Of a stretch of 64,000 nucleotides of DNA, positions 48,616 through 58,739 are shown piece after piece. Under the pieces are notes generated by a model. The model was not told where the DNA came from. It searched no databases and saw only the letters and a program-made list of their open reading frames with translations. The position numbers and the translations under genes are program-made. Numbering within the stretch: position 1 is the first letter of the stretch; every line of letters begins with the position of its first letter. This DNA is from Patescibacteria group bacterium (GTDB taxonomy: Bacteria > Patescibacteriota > Microgenomatia > UBA10105 > UBA927). The stretch lies in the NCBI GenBank assembly GCA_049322955.1, contig JBMOPU010000033.1, forward strand, positions 128,784 through 192,783, read 5' to 3'.

Positions 48616-49773
48616 CTATGAGCGGTGTAACTGCTGTATGCCGAAGCCGATACCCAACATGACAAACGGTACGATGGGCAAATAGTAACGGGGTTCGTTG
48701 AATACGCAATATGAAAGTACGCTTGCCGTAACCACCGCTCCGGATGCAAGAAATAACAGTTGTTTTTGCGAAACGGTGCGATAACGGGCATTCCATAGAA
48801 AAATAATCAGGCTGAGTATCGCCGCTCCCGTAAGCCACATAGGAAAAACATGATGAACGAGTGAAGCTATACGGGACTGCGGGCTCAGGAGTACATGTGC
48901 CGGATTCACCCGGGAAAAATAGGCGACATGCTCGTCGGTGATGAGCACTCTGTCCCTGAATTGTGCCAACGGGCCATACTCGGGGTAAAAAAAGAAATTC
49001 GGATGGAGGATGAGAAATACCAGCAAACACGAGAATACCGTCACGCCGAGTGCCGCACCGTATTTCCGATACGGAAAACCCGACTTTTTATTGAGCGCGT
49101 ATGCCATGAGGAAGGCGATGATCGGGAGAAAAAGTAATCCGTTTATTTTGGTGCTGACGAGCATACCCAACGCAATGCCGATCGCCGCAAAATTTCCCCA
49201 TGATCTTCGATGCCAAAAAAGTGACAACAGCAGAATCATTTGCCACAACAGAAGAATTCCGTCGGAGAACGCATGGGTGGCGACATGGGTGACGATGGGA
49301 TGCATGCCGAAGAGTATTGTGGCAAGTGCCGCGGAAAGCGCCGGGAGACCGATAAGGATCCCTAACGGATAGAGGAGGGAAATAGCCAACGCGGTTATCA
49401 CAGCGGAAATAATCCGTGCATGAATAACCAGGGAGAAAGCCGCGTGATCAATCGGAAACGGCATCGGTTCGAATGATATCCATCGGTAATAGGTCTGAGG
49501 AGCCGTTCCCGTTATCCGTACGTCGCGATGTCCGAACAGCAGTAGCCCTACTCCATACACATATTTGGCGCCGTTAAAGTTGGTAAATCCGTAATTTTCC
49601 CGCCACAGCGGATTTTTTGTGTCCCGGTTTTGTAACAGGTGCACCGTGTTCGCCGTGCTTATCCAATACATTTCATCGGTGAAAAAAGCGACCGTATTTC
49701 TATAAATCGGGATTAGGTAAATCACCAATGCAACACCAAACAACAAAAATGTAATCGCGAGGTGTTTGTGCAT
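48616..49773 (-). CDS. Polytopic membrane glycosyltransferase-like protein (GT-C/PMT-like)
   Basis: Multi-TM, N-terminal DE motif (FFTDEMYW), TK motif, RYYLPIVP. Confidence 0.65.
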   Translation of the reverse strand: MHKHLAITFLLFGVALVIYLIPIYRNTVAFFTDEMYWISTANTVHLLQNRDTKNPLWRENYGFTNFNGAKYVYGVGLLLFGHRDVRITGTAPQTYYRWISFEPMPFPIDHAAFSLVIHARIISAVITALAISLLYPLGILIGLPALSAALATILFGMHPIVTHVATHAFSDGILLLWQMILLLSLFWHRRSWGNFAAIGIALGMLVSTKINGLLFLPIIAFLMAYALNKKSGFPYRKYGAALGVTVFSCLLVFLILHPNFFFYPEYGPLAQFRDRVLITDEHVAYFSRVNPAHVLLSPQSRIASLVHHVFPMWLTGAAILSLIIFLWNARYRTVSQKQLLFLASGAVVTASVLSYCVFNEPRYYLPIVPFVMLGIGFGIQQLHRS

Positions 49774-49799
49774 ACACTCATACTAGCACGGATCCCATC

Positions 49800-49824
49800 A
49801 AAACCCCCCGCCGGTGGCGGGGGG
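49800..49824 (-). terminator. Intrinsic terminator (minus strand)
   Basis: CCCCCCGCC-3 nt-GGCGGGGGG; T-run follows on minus strand. Confidence 0.65.
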
Positions 49825-49953
49825 AAGTTGATAAAACGTCTTACGGCTGGCTCCGAAACGCAAAAACAAATGCTTTTGCGGCTTCGGAGCAATATGAACG
49901 TTCATTGACCGGAAGACCGATCACCGTGGTTCGGTCTTCACCAGAAAAGGACA

Positions 49954-50094
49954 TTAGCCACCGATCTTGTACATACCGGTTCCACACACGGGGCATTTTC
50001 CTTTCATTGCCGGCTTACCATTTTTCATGGTAACTTTGACGGCTTTGTCATCTTCGCGCTTCGCGCGACATTTTACGCAATACATTTGTGCCAT
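49954..50094 (-). CDS. Small Zn-ribbon protein (DUF5679-like, 46 aa; absent from ORF track)
   Basis: MAQMYCVKCRAKREDDKAVKVTMKNGKPAMKGKCPVCGTGMYKIGG*; strong SD AAAGGAGGTGA. Confidence 0.88.
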   Translation of the reverse strand: MAQMYCVKCRAKREDDKAVKVTMKNGKPAMKGKCPVCGTGMYKIGG

Positions 50095-50126
50095 AGTTTT
50101 TTTCACCTCCTTTCCAAAAAAGATAG

Positions 50127-50402
50127 TTATCTAGGCAGCCACGATGTGAGCAGGAATTCGCACACGAGAATAGCAACGGTGATCAATACCGTCTTTACAA
50201 GAGCTTTCTTTATTAGACTATAATTCGCTTCCGTCGCTACGGAAGTCCGCGAGGATGCTTTTCCGGTCGAAAGGGAGAACGAAAAAGACGAATTTGCCGG
50301 GGTAAGAGGCACGGCGGTTGCCGGCGCATGCGTTGCTATCGGAGCCAAATGCGACCTTCGCGCACTCGCGAGCAGTTTTTCCTTTTTGGTTTTTTTAGGC
50401 AT
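50127..50402 (-). CDS. Hypothetical small protein with C-terminal TM helix
   Basis: MPKKTKKEKLLA..; C-terminal hydrophobic segment. Confidence 0.6.
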   Translation of the reverse strand: MPKKTKKEKLLASARRSHLAPIATHAPATAVPLTPANSSFSFSLSTGKASSRTSVATEANYSLIKKALVKTVLITVAILVCEFLLTSWLPR

Positions 50403-50548
50403 ACAGAATGAAGCTCGTGGGCATGAGCGTAGCATAGGCCAGATTCGGTTGTCAACTTCGTTAGCCTCATCCGACGCACAAAAAGAGAAAATGAGTGCGG
50501 CAAACGATTGACAACGATGAAATGGGAATCGTAATATGATGAATACGA

Positions 50549-51034
50549 ATGGTGTTCAATAGCGCATTACTCATCGGAGGGATAGGAGTCGGCTTTGCCC
50601 TGTGGTTGGGAATCATTTCATTTTTGCTAATTCGGATGATTTCGCATTATAATAAGTTGACCGTCGGAGGGACAAAAACGGGACTTTTCGACGCACTTGA
50701 GGGAATATTCCGATCGATACATAACTTGCAGGGAAGAGTCGGAATATTGGAAGATCGGACAAACTCGATTGCGGTTGATGGTGAATTTCATGTACAACGG
50801 ATCGGTATCGTCCGGTTTAATCCTTTTGCGGACACGGGAGGCGCGCAGAGTTTTTCCATAGCCCTTCTTGATGCGCAGGGAAGCGGTGTCGTCATGACAT
50901 CACTGTATGCTCGGGCAGGGAACAGGTGGTATGTCAAGGAAGTAGTGCGGGGCAAAGGAAAAGAGCTTGCCCTGTCAAAGGAAGAAGAATCGGTCATCGA
51001 AAAAGCAAAACAGATAGGAGACAAAGCTGTATGA
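50549..51034 (+). CDS. DUF4446-family protein
   Basis: N-terminal TM, GIVRFNPF..GG.QSFSIALLD, LSKEE. Confidence 0.8.
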   Translation: MVFNSALLIGGIGVGFALWLGIISFLLIRMISHYNKLTVGGTKTGLFDALEGIFRSIHNLQGRVGILEDRTNSIAVDGEFHVQRIGIVRFNPFADTGGAQSFSIALLDAQGSGVVMTSLYARAGNRWYVKEVVRGKGKELALSKEEESVIEKAKQIGDKAV

Positions 51035-52209
51035 ATAAACAAAAATTTGCGGTAACGATGCTTATCGGTTTGGTTTTATATCTTATTGCCACGGGATTAT
51101 CGTTTGCCGGCTTTTCCATGCTCAATAAATCATCGGGTAGCGCACCAACGACGAAAAACACCGGAAACGGGGCACAAGAACATTTTGCTGTTGATCCGTC
51201 CGCACCGAAAACCGCGGCATGCCCGATTAACGGCATGTTTTACACGGAGCAGGAAAAAGCCATCTGGGAGACAAGACGGCCGTTGGCGGTCATGATCGAA
51301 AATCATGCGGATAGCCGTCCGCAATCGGGCCTTTCAAGCGCCGATGTCGTGTATGAATCGGTTGTTGAGGGCGGAATTACCCGATTTATGGGTGTTTTCT
51401 ACTGCGGTATTGCCGCAAAGTCCGTTAATCTTGCCCCCGTGAGGAGCGCGCGTGAACACTACCTGGGATGGGTGCAGGAATATGATGCGCTCTATAACCA
51501 TGTGGGAGGAGCCGGTCTTTGTAATGATCCGACCGTCGATGAACGGGCAAAGGCGCTCTGCCACATCCAGCAATATAAGATCAAAGATATGGATCAGTTC
51601 GGTATTTCATTTCCTACCTGTTACCGCAATTATGACCGGTTGGATCATGAAGTGGCGACGGAACATACGATGGTGTGTGTGACGGATAAATTGCTCTCCC
51701 TTGCCAAGCAAAAAGGCTGGACGAATGTTGATGCGGCGGGTGTTTCATGGGACAAAAATTTTCAGCCCTGGAAGTTTAAAAATGACGCCAAAGAAAACGA
51801 GCGCGGAACCGCAACAAGTATCAGTTTCTCCGCATGGAAGGGGTATGAGCGTGATTACGGCGTCAAATGGGATTATGACAAAGTGGCAAATGTCTATAAG
51901 CGTACCAACGGGGGGGCGCCCCATATGGATCTGGAAACCAAACAACAGCTGACGGCAAAAGCGGTGGCAATCCTGTTCGCGAAGGAAACCGGTCCCGTTG
52001 ACTCGCACGGGCATCTTCTGTATGCCAATTTAGGAAGCGGTGAAGGCATTGTGTTTCAGGACGGTAAAGCGACAAAAGCGGTATGGAAGAAAGAAACACG
52101 TACGGCACGGACAAAGTTCTATGACGCATCGACCAATAAGGAGATAGAATTCACACGCGGACAAATATGGATCGAGATGTTGCCCACGGGAACACCGGTT
52201 ACGTACTAA
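51031..52209 (+). CDS. DUF3048-family membrane-anchored protein
   Basis: RPLAVMIENH..SRPQSGL..AD.VYE..VEGGITRF, PVRSAR; start at ATG 51031. Confidence 0.85.
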   Translation: MNKQKFAVTMLIGLVLYLIATGLSFAGFSMLNKSSGSAPTTKNTGNGAQEHFAVDPSAPKTAACPINGMFYTEQEKAIWETRRPLAVMIENHADSRPQSGLSSADVVYESVVEGGITRFMGVFYCGIAAKSVNLAPVRSAREHYLGWVQEYDALYNHVGGAGLCNDPTVDERAKALCHIQQYKIKDMDQFGISFPTCYRNYDRLDHEVATEHTMVCVTDKLLSLAKQKGWTNVDAAGVSWDKNFQPWKFKNDAKENERGTATSISFSAWKGYERDYGVKWDYDKVANVYKRTNGGAPHMDLETKQQLTAKAVAILFAKETGPVDSHGHLLYANLGSGEGIVFQDGKATKAVWKKETRTARTKFYDASTNKEIEFTRGQIWIEMLPTGTPVTY

Positions 52210-52249
52210 ACCTCTGCCCAGTCCCGCCGAGGCGGGAGAAGGAGGATGT

Positions 52250-52831
52250 ATGCTTCTTGAAGATCTGATTATTTCTCGGGTTCGAGTAAAGATGTTGTCG
52301 TTATTTCTGAATAATCCGGCAACCATTTATCATGTTCGTGAAATCGTACGGCAAGTCGGAGAAGAAATAAATGCCGTCCGTCGGGAACTCGCTCACCTTG
52401 AAAAAGCGGGGATGCTTGCCAAAGAACAACGGGCAAACCGTCTCTTCTACCGTTTCCGGAAAGATTATCCGTTGTATTTTGAACTCATGGAGCTTATCGG
52501 CAAAACGACCGGGCTCGGTTGGGATATCGTCAAAAACAGAACGAAGCTCGGCAAAATTAAATATGCCATGCTTTCAGGGAGGTTTCTTCGCGGGCTTCCC
52601 CATACGAGTAGCAGTGATGTGGATCTTTTGATTGTCGGTTCCGTCGTTCTGCCTGAACTTGCAAGCTATGTGAAGGCGGAAGAGGTGAAAAAAGAACGCG
52701 AGCTCAATTATACCGTTATGTCCGAAGAGGAATTTACTTTTCGAAAAAGAAGACGGGATCCGTTTGTCCTTGAAATTCTCGGAGGGTCGCGGGTACTTCT
52801 TATCGGCGATGAGGAAGAATTGGTAAATTAA
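52250..52831 (+). CDS. Winged-HTH protein with C-terminal nucleotidyltransferase-like domain
   Basis: YHVREIVR..INAVRREL..LEKAG wHTH; LSG..DVDLLIVG. Confidence 0.7.
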   Translation: MLLEDLIISRVRVKMLSLFLNNPATIYHVREIVRQVGEEINAVRRELAHLEKAGMLAKEQRANRLFYRFRKDYPLYFELMELIGKTTGLGWDIVKNRTKLGKIKYAMLSGRFLRGLPHTSSSDVDLLIVGSVVLPELASYVKAEEVKKERELNYTVMSEEEFTFRKRRRDPFVLEILGGSRVLLIGDEEELVN

Positions 52832-52838
52832 CGCTATC

Positions 52839-52909
52839 TTGTCATTCTGAACTTGCATCAGCATCCGGGAATTATTTTGATTGATGCCGGATCAAGCCAG
52901 GCATGACAT
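52839..52909. repeat. REP-like palindromic element, copy 2 (inverted, diverged)
   Basis: TTGTCATTCTGAACTTG..GATGCCGGATCAAGCCAGGCATGACA aligns to the reverse complement of 22196-22267. Confidence 0.7.
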
Positions 52910-52921
52910 AATAATACAATT

Positions 52922-54280
52922 ATGTTTCGCAATCCACGAAAGGTGTTCTTTCTTCTCTTTGTTTTGACCATGCTTCTTGTCGTGGTTGATCTTCCGGAAA
53001 ACTATCGGGTGAAATTTAATTTCCTCGGTATCTCGGTCGATCGCATCATCAATCCTCCCACGATCAGACTTTTCGGTTGGGTGAAGCCAATCCGGACTTC
53101 CTTGGGACTCGATCTTGCAGGCGGCAGTCACGTGGTGCTTGAAGCGGACATGAAGGATATTGCCGCAGGGGACCGTGCCCAGGCTATAGAATCCGCTAAG
53201 GAAGTTATTGATCGCAGGGTGAACTTTTTCGGGGTTTCCGAGCCCGTCGTTCAAACCGCGATATCGGAAAATTCCTATCGAATTATCGTCGAACTTCCCG
53301 GAGTCAATGATGTCGACCAGGCAATTGATCTTATCGGGCAGACAGCGCTTTTGGATTTCCGTGAATTTACCGACGCCGGTGAAGCGAGCGCCGGCGCATT
53401 CGTTATCCCGATGCTTGAAAACACCAAGTCGGTGGGACTCACCGGTAAGGACTTGGCACGGGCAAGCATGCAATACAGTCCGCAAACGGGGCAACCCGAA
53501 GTGCAATTGGAGTTTAATGCTGAGGGAGCAAAAAAATTTGCCGACGCAACGACCCGACTGGTGGGGAAGCCGATTGCGATTTTTTTGGATGCCATACCGC
53601 TGACATCCCCGACAGTGCAAACGGCAATTACCGACGGGAGAGCCGTGATTACGGGAAGTTTTGATCGGGACACCGCAAAAACACTTGCGCTTCAGCTCAA
53701 CGCGGGAGCGCTTCCCGTACCGGTACATCCGGTTGAACAACGGACGGTGGAAGCAACCCTAGGTGCTGAATCCGTGGCAAAGAGTATCACCGCGGGCGTT
53801 ATCGGTCTGGGATTTGTGGCGCTGTTTATGGTGCTCCAGTATGGCAGGCTCGGGCTTATTGCCGATGCCGCGCTTATACTGTACGGGTTATTATCGTTCG
53901 GCGTGTTCCGGCTCTTCGGTATCACCCTCACGCTTCCGGGTATTGCGGGATTCTTACTTTCGATCGGTATGGCGGTTGACAGTAATATCCTTATTTTCGA
54001 GCGGTATAAGGAAGAACTTCAATCAGGAAAACCGTGGGGAATTGCCATGGAACAGGCATTCGGGAAGGCGTGGGATAGTATCCGGGATGCGAATTTTACG
54101 ACCATTATCACTTCACTTATTCTCTATAATCCTGCGAATTCGAGTCTCTTGCCTTCAAACGGCCTTGTTCGCGGGTTTGCGGCGACACTTCTCATCGGCG
54201 TGCTCATGAGCTTATTTACGGGCATCGTCGCCACGCGAACCTATATCCGCGTGTTCTATAAGGAGAAAAAATCACTATGA
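52922..54280 (+). CDS. secD: Protein translocase subunit SecD
   Basis: LGLDLAGG, FGVSEP, LNAGALP, TLPGIAG..GMAVDSNILIFER. Confidence 0.96.
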   Translation: MFRNPRKVFFLLFVLTMLLVVVDLPENYRVKFNFLGISVDRIINPPTIRLFGWVKPIRTSLGLDLAGGSHVVLEADMKDIAAGDRAQAIESAKEVIDRRVNFFGVSEPVVQTAISENSYRIIVELPGVNDVDQAIDLIGQTALLDFREFTDAGEASAGAFVIPMLENTKSVGLTGKDLARASMQYSPQTGQPEVQLEFNAEGAKKFADATTRLVGKPIAIFLDAIPLTSPTVQTAITDGRAVITGSFDRDTAKTLALQLNAGALPVPVHPVEQRTVEATLGAESVAKSITAGVIGLGFVALFMVLQYGRLGLIADAALILYGLLSFGVFRLFGITLTLPGIAGFLLSIGMAVDSNILIFERYKEELQSGKPWGIAMEQAFGKAWDSIRDANFTTIITSLILYNPANSSLLPSNGLVRGFAATLLIGVLMSLFTGIVATRTYIRVFYKEKKSL

Positions 54281-55155
54281 TACGGTTCAGTAAATATCTT
54301 TGGCTGTACGCTCTCATTTCGTTGACGGTATTGGTGCCCGGCATATATTCCCTTGTCCGCTACGGGTTCCGCCAGTCGATCGATTTTGCGGGGGGAACAT
54401 TGGTCGAATATCGGACAAGTAAGCCGGTATCCGTCGACATCGTGGAGCGGGCGGCCCGTGATGCTTCAATTGATCTCGTGAGTGTCCAGCAATCCCGTGA
54501 CTCGTCGATTCTTACCCGCATGAAACAGGAGCCGAAAGAACGGATCAGTACACTCACACAGCGCATTGAAGAACTCGCATCGGTAAGTGCGGTTATCCTC
54601 CGCAATGAAACCGTCGGTCCGACACTCGGTGCGGAACTTCTTCGGAAAGCGCTTTTTGCCGCACTCCTTGCCATCTCGGCCATCCTTCTCTATGTTGCCT
54701 GGGCGTTTAAAAATATCCGTTTCGGGGTCGCGGCGGTCATTGCGCTTATGCACGATCTCCTGGTGGTGTTGGGGATGTTTTCATTGTTCGGGTACTACCT
54801 CGGTATTGAAGTGGACACGTTGTTCGTCACCGCATTTTTGACGACGATGAGTTTTTCCGTTCACGATACCATCGTGGTGTTTGACCGAATCCGTGAGTAT
54901 ATACGACGGGATAGAAACCGACCCTTTGACGAAATTGCCGATATGGCGCTTACGGAAACCATGAATCGGTCGCTTACTAATTCATTTACGATCATTTTCA
55001 TGTTGGTTGCGCTCATTCTTATGGGAGGGGAGACCATCAAATGGTTTGTCATGGCCCTTCTCATCGGTACCGTGTCGGGAACCTATTCGTCACCGTTTGT
55101 GGCAACCCCGATCCTCATTCTCTGGCATAAATGGGATAAACAAAAGCGAAGTTAG
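54277..55155 (+). CDS. secF: Protein translocase subunit SecF
   Basis: IDFAGG, VGPTLG, HD, DTIVVFDRIRE, GTYSS. Confidence 0.96.
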   Translation: MIRFSKYLWLYALISLTVLVPGIYSLVRYGFRQSIDFAGGTLVEYRTSKPVSVDIVERAARDASIDLVSVQQSRDSSILTRMKQEPKERISTLTQRIEELASVSAVILRNETVGPTLGAELLRKALFAALLAISAILLYVAWAFKNIRFGVAAVIALMHDLLVVLGMFSLFGYYLGIEVDTLFVTAFLTTMSFSVHDTIVVFDRIREYIRRDRNRPFDEIADMALTETMNRSLTNSFTIIFMLVALILMGGETIKWFVMALLIGTVSGTYSSPFVATPILILWHKWDKQKRS

Positions 55156-55166
55156 AATCCCGTTGG

Positions 55167-56537
55167 TCAATGGACAAAAGTCGTTTTGAGATCCGACATT
55201 TTGGCGAGTAACTGTGCCCTTTCATTGGGAAGCGTTCCGTTTTCCACTTCGGCAAAAAGCGCATCCAGTACCTTGCCGATAACGGGCCCGGGAGTGACGG
55301 CAAAAATCTTCATGACATCATGTCCGTTCACCTGTAAATCTGCAACGGTGAAAGGCTGTTTTTGCACTTCTGCAAGCCTTTTTTTATAGAGTTCGAGACG
55401 CCATGACGTTTCTGTGGCTCCTCCGCCAAGTCGATCGCCGATACGAAGAGCAAGCATATGATCGAGATTTTCTTTGCCGACGCGGCGGATAAATCGACGA
55501 AGGGCGCTGTCCGTTTGGCGTTCATCCACGCTGAATTGGTGCCATCGCACCAAAATATAGAGGAGCTCAGCCTGTTTTCGGGAGAGGCGAAGCCGATTGG
55601 CGACCTGTTTTGCTATACGCGAGCCGACCACTTCATGGTTGTAGAAGGTGATAACGCCCGTCTCATCTTTGCGAAATGTCGGCGGCTTTCCCAAATCGTG
55701 GATAAGGGTGGCAAGACGGACGATGGGATCGGTTGACGGACAAAATTTCATCGCCATGACTGAATGAGTCCCCACATCGTAGATATGATGCCGCTTCGGG
55801 CTTTTTTGCGGGGTTGCAAATGCCGTTTCAAGCTCGGGAAGAATGTAATGGAGAAGTCCGATGTTTTTAAGCACCAACACCGCATCGGCGGCATGGGGAG
55901 ATGTTAAAATTTTAAGAAACTCATCGCGGATGCGTTCAGCGGAAATTTTCGTGATAAGCGATGCATGTTCCGATATGGCGGCCGCGGATTGTTCTTCGAC
56001 GGCAAATCCGAATCGTGCGGCGAACCGTACGGCACGAAGCATCCGTAACGAATCTTCACGGAATCTGTCGGAAGGCAAACCCACGGTGCGAATCAATTTT
56101 GCCGCAATATCCGTTTGTCCGTCATACGGGTCAATAAGTGCGTTGCCGTCAAACGCGATGGCGTTCATCGTAAAATCGCGTCGTGATAAATCCTCAAGGA
56201 GTGTTTTGCCCCAGGTAATTTTATCGGGATGACGGTGATCGCCATACCCTTCTTCACTCCGATAGGTGGTTACCTCATAAATATCGATGACGGCAGACTC
56301 CGGTTGCTCAGGGTGCTCGCGCAGTTTAATGCCGACCGTGCCGAATTGGTTGTCGTAAAAGCTGTCGGGAAAAAGAGCAAGAATTTCCTCGGGTGTTGCG
56401 TTCGTCGTAAAATCCCAGCCGTGGGTTTCGCTCCCCATGAGCAAATCACGTACGGATCCTCCCACTGCGTAACACTCAAAACCGGCCTTCCGAAAGGTAT
56501 CGATAATGGTTTGTGCGGATTGAGGTAGGCTAATCAT
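55167..56537 (-). CDS. cca: CCA-adding tRNA nucleotidyltransferase with HD domain
   Basis: VGGSVRD, DLSRRDFTMNA, EDSLRMLRAVRF, ERIRDE, HDLGKP; start at MISLP. Confidence 0.92.
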   Translation of the reverse strand: MISLPQSAQTIIDTFRKAGFECYAVGGSVRDLLMGSETHGWDFTTNATPEEILALFPDSFYDNQFGTVGIKLREHPEQPESAVIDIYEVTTYRSEEGYGDHRHPDKITWGKTLLEDLSRRDFTMNAIAFDGNALIDPYDGQTDIAAKLIRTVGLPSDRFREDSLRMLRAVRFAARFGFAVEEQSAAAISEHASLITKISAERIRDEFLKILTSPHAADAVLVLKNIGLLHYILPELETAFATPQKSPKRHHIYDVGTHSVMAMKFCPSTDPIVRLATLIHDLGKPPTFRKDETGVITFYNHEVVGSRIAKQVANRLRLSRKQAELLYILVRWHQFSVDERQTDSALRRFIRRVGKENLDHMLALRIGDRLGGGATETSWRLELYKKRLAEVQKQPFTVADLQVNGHDVMKIFAVTPGPVIGKVLDALFAEVENGTLPNERAQLLAKMSDLKTTFVH

Positions 56538-56555
56538 ACTGGTATTATACCTAGA

Positions 56556-58235
56556 ATGAGCAGGAAGTGGCATATTATCCGTGAATTTGATGGTTCCGAC
56601 GACAAAATGAGCCCGGCTTCACTGATAGCGGATATTTTGGGAGATCGGGGTATTGCAACCGCCGGGGAGCGAAAAAATTTTTTGCATCCGAAAGATCCCG
56701 CAACGCTCACTGCCGATGACGTCGGTATTGCTCCCGATGCCCTTACCGCGGCACTTACAAGGATCATCAAAGCCATAGATGCAAGAGAATCCGTTGTGGT
56801 CTATGCCGATTATGATGCCGACGGAATAACGGCGGGAGCGGTTCTTTGGGAAACACTATGGAAATTGGGTGCCCGTGCGATGCCCTATATTCCTCATAGG
56901 GTGGAGGAAGGATACGGTCTTTCGGTAAAAGGGATTGATGCGGTGATGGATGAGTACGACCCCTCGCTTATTATCACGGTGGATCACGGTATTACCGCAC
57001 GAGAACAGGTGGAATACGCCAAAAAACGGGGCATCGAAGTGATCGTGACGGATCACCATGTGAAGCCCGAGAAATTACCGCTTTGTACGATCGTGCACAC
57101 CACAGCGCTTTCCGGTTCGGGGGTATCGTGGTTTGTTGCAAAAGAATTGCTCAAGCACTATCACAAGGATGATCCGGAGCTTATTGCACTTCCCGCCATA
57201 GGAACGATTGCCGATCTTTTGCCGCTTATCGGTATCAATCGGGCGATCGTTAAAGCGGGACTCTCCGTTATGCGTACGACAAAACGTATCGGGCTTGATG
57301 CGCTGATCACTGAATCCGGGATAGAAAAGTCCACGCTTTCCACCTACTCGATATCTCACATGATAGCCCCCCGCTTAAATGCGATGGGGAGACTGGAACA
57401 TGCATTGGATGCGCTTCGACTCCTTTGTACGAGGGATCCGGATAAGGCAATCATGCTTGCTCAAAAACTGGGGCTCACCAACAAAGAGCGGCAAAAACTC
57501 ACGGAAGATACCGTAACTCACGCCAGGGAGCTTTTTCTCCGATCAGTAGCCTCCGATCCGTCGGAAAGCAGGCTTATTTTTCTTGCGCATGAATCCTACA
57601 ACCCGGGAGTTATCGGTCTTGTTGCAGGAAGGCTGGTCGAAGCATACTATCGACCCGCCGTTATCCTTGCTATGGGTGACGGGTTTGCCAAAGCCTCCGC
57701 CCGCTCGATTAAGGGGTTTAATATTGTCGAAGCGATCAGAAGATGTTCTGATTTGCTGGTGGATGTCGGCGGGCATCCGATGGCGGCGGGATTTACCGTG
57801 GAAACGAAAAATATCGAAGCATTGCGGGATCGGCTAACGGCACTGGCTACGGATCAATTATCGCCGGAAACCCTGCTCCGCACGCTTACCATAGATGCCG
57901 TCCTTCCGCTGGGGTGGGTGACCGGCGCATTATGGAAGGAAATTCAGGTTTTGGCCCCGTTCGGCTTCGGCAACTATGAGCCGGTGTTTGCGTCAAGAAA
58001 CGTGATAATCAACGATAGTAGGATTATCGGGGCAACCAAAAAGCATATCAAGCTTTCTCTCACGGAAAAAAAGACAAGAAACGTATTTGAAGCAGTGGGA
58101 TTTAATATGGCCGATGAGTTCGGGGGTATCCCGAAAGGAACGGTTGCCGATGTTGCCTACTCGATCGATATGAACGAGTGGAACGGAAAAAGAACGCTCC
58201 AGCTGAAGCTAAAAGACATCATCATTTCCCCATAA
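56556..58235 (+). CDS. recJ: Single-stranded-DNA exonuclease RecJ
   Basis: DYDADG, TVDHG, TDHH, PRLNAMGRL, GGHPMAAG, PFGFGN. Confidence 0.97.
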   Translation: MSRKWHIIREFDGSDDKMSPASLIADILGDRGIATAGERKNFLHPKDPATLTADDVGIAPDALTAALTRIIKAIDARESVVVYADYDADGITAGAVLWETLWKLGARAMPYIPHRVEEGYGLSVKGIDAVMDEYDPSLIITVDHGITAREQVEYAKKRGIEVIVTDHHVKPEKLPLCTIVHTTALSGSGVSWFVAKELLKHYHKDDPELIALPAIGTIADLLPLIGINRAIVKAGLSVMRTTKRIGLDALITESGIEKSTLSTYSISHMIAPRLNAMGRLEHALDALRLLCTRDPDKAIMLAQKLGLTNKERQKLTEDTVTHARELFLRSVASDPSESRLIFLAHESYNPGVIGLVAGRLVEAYYRPAVILAMGDGFAKASARSIKGFNIVEAIRRCSDLLVDVGGHPMAAGFTVETKNIEALRDRLTALATDQLSPETLLRTLTIDAVLPLGWVTGALWKEIQVLAPFGFGNYEPVFASRNVIINDSRIIGATKKHIKLSLTEKKTRNVFEAVGFNMADEFGGIPKGTVADVAYSIDMNEWNGKRTLQLKLKDIIISP

Positions 58236-58237
58236 AA

Positions 58238-58284
58238 AATCCCCGCGTTCGGATCGGCGCTATTGCCGGTGAACACGGGGATTT
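58238..58284. terminator. Hairpin at recJ 3' end, likely terminator (T-run on minus strand)
   Basis: AAATCCCCG..GTTC/GAAC..CGGGGATTT. Confidence 0.6.
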
Positions 58285-58511
58285 GTGTTGTTGTTCGTTT
58301 CCCATAAACGCTTTGATTGAAAAAGTAATTATGTTGTGTGTCACTCCTTCAGAAAAAGCGTTTATGAGACAAAATGTCGGGGGAGTATAAAAAATAAAAT
58401 ACGCAAACCAGTATGCGCAGTGTATGTTCAATAGCCCCCCCGAAGAATAAGAAGACCTCGACCCGAGGTTGAGGTCTTCTTATCCGTATTCGGTTGTAGG
58501 TCGGGTTGTAG

Positions 58512-58739
58512 TCACCCGGCGTGGTGGGAGTGGTCAGGGTGTCCTTTGCGGCACCATGAACACAGTCCGTCCTTTGCACCGAGTGTCGGCGCGCCGCATT
58601 TTCTCCCTTTCAGGAAGCCGCGACTTTTGTGAAATTTTCCGTTCTTACATTTGCAGGTCTGTTGCGTATGGGTAAGCTTCTCTTTACCTGCCTGTGGCTC
58701 CGGTGTTTGTGCCGGGGTTGGGTGCGTTTTTTGTCTCAT
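58512..58739 (-). CDS. Small basic Cys/His-rich hypothetical protein (~75 aa)
   Basis: SD-like AAGAGG before ATG 58739; CKC, KCG, CSWC, HPDHSHH. Confidence 0.45.
   Translation of the reverse strand: MRQKTHPTPAQTPEPQAGKEKLTHTQQTCKCKNGKFHKSRGFLKGRKCGAPTLGAKDGLCSWCRKGHPDHSHHAG

Noticed and set aside
52241-52253. GGAGGATGTATGC identical to the aspS start region (59468-59480)
   Set aside because: Mostly SD plus start codon, so identity is plausible by chance.
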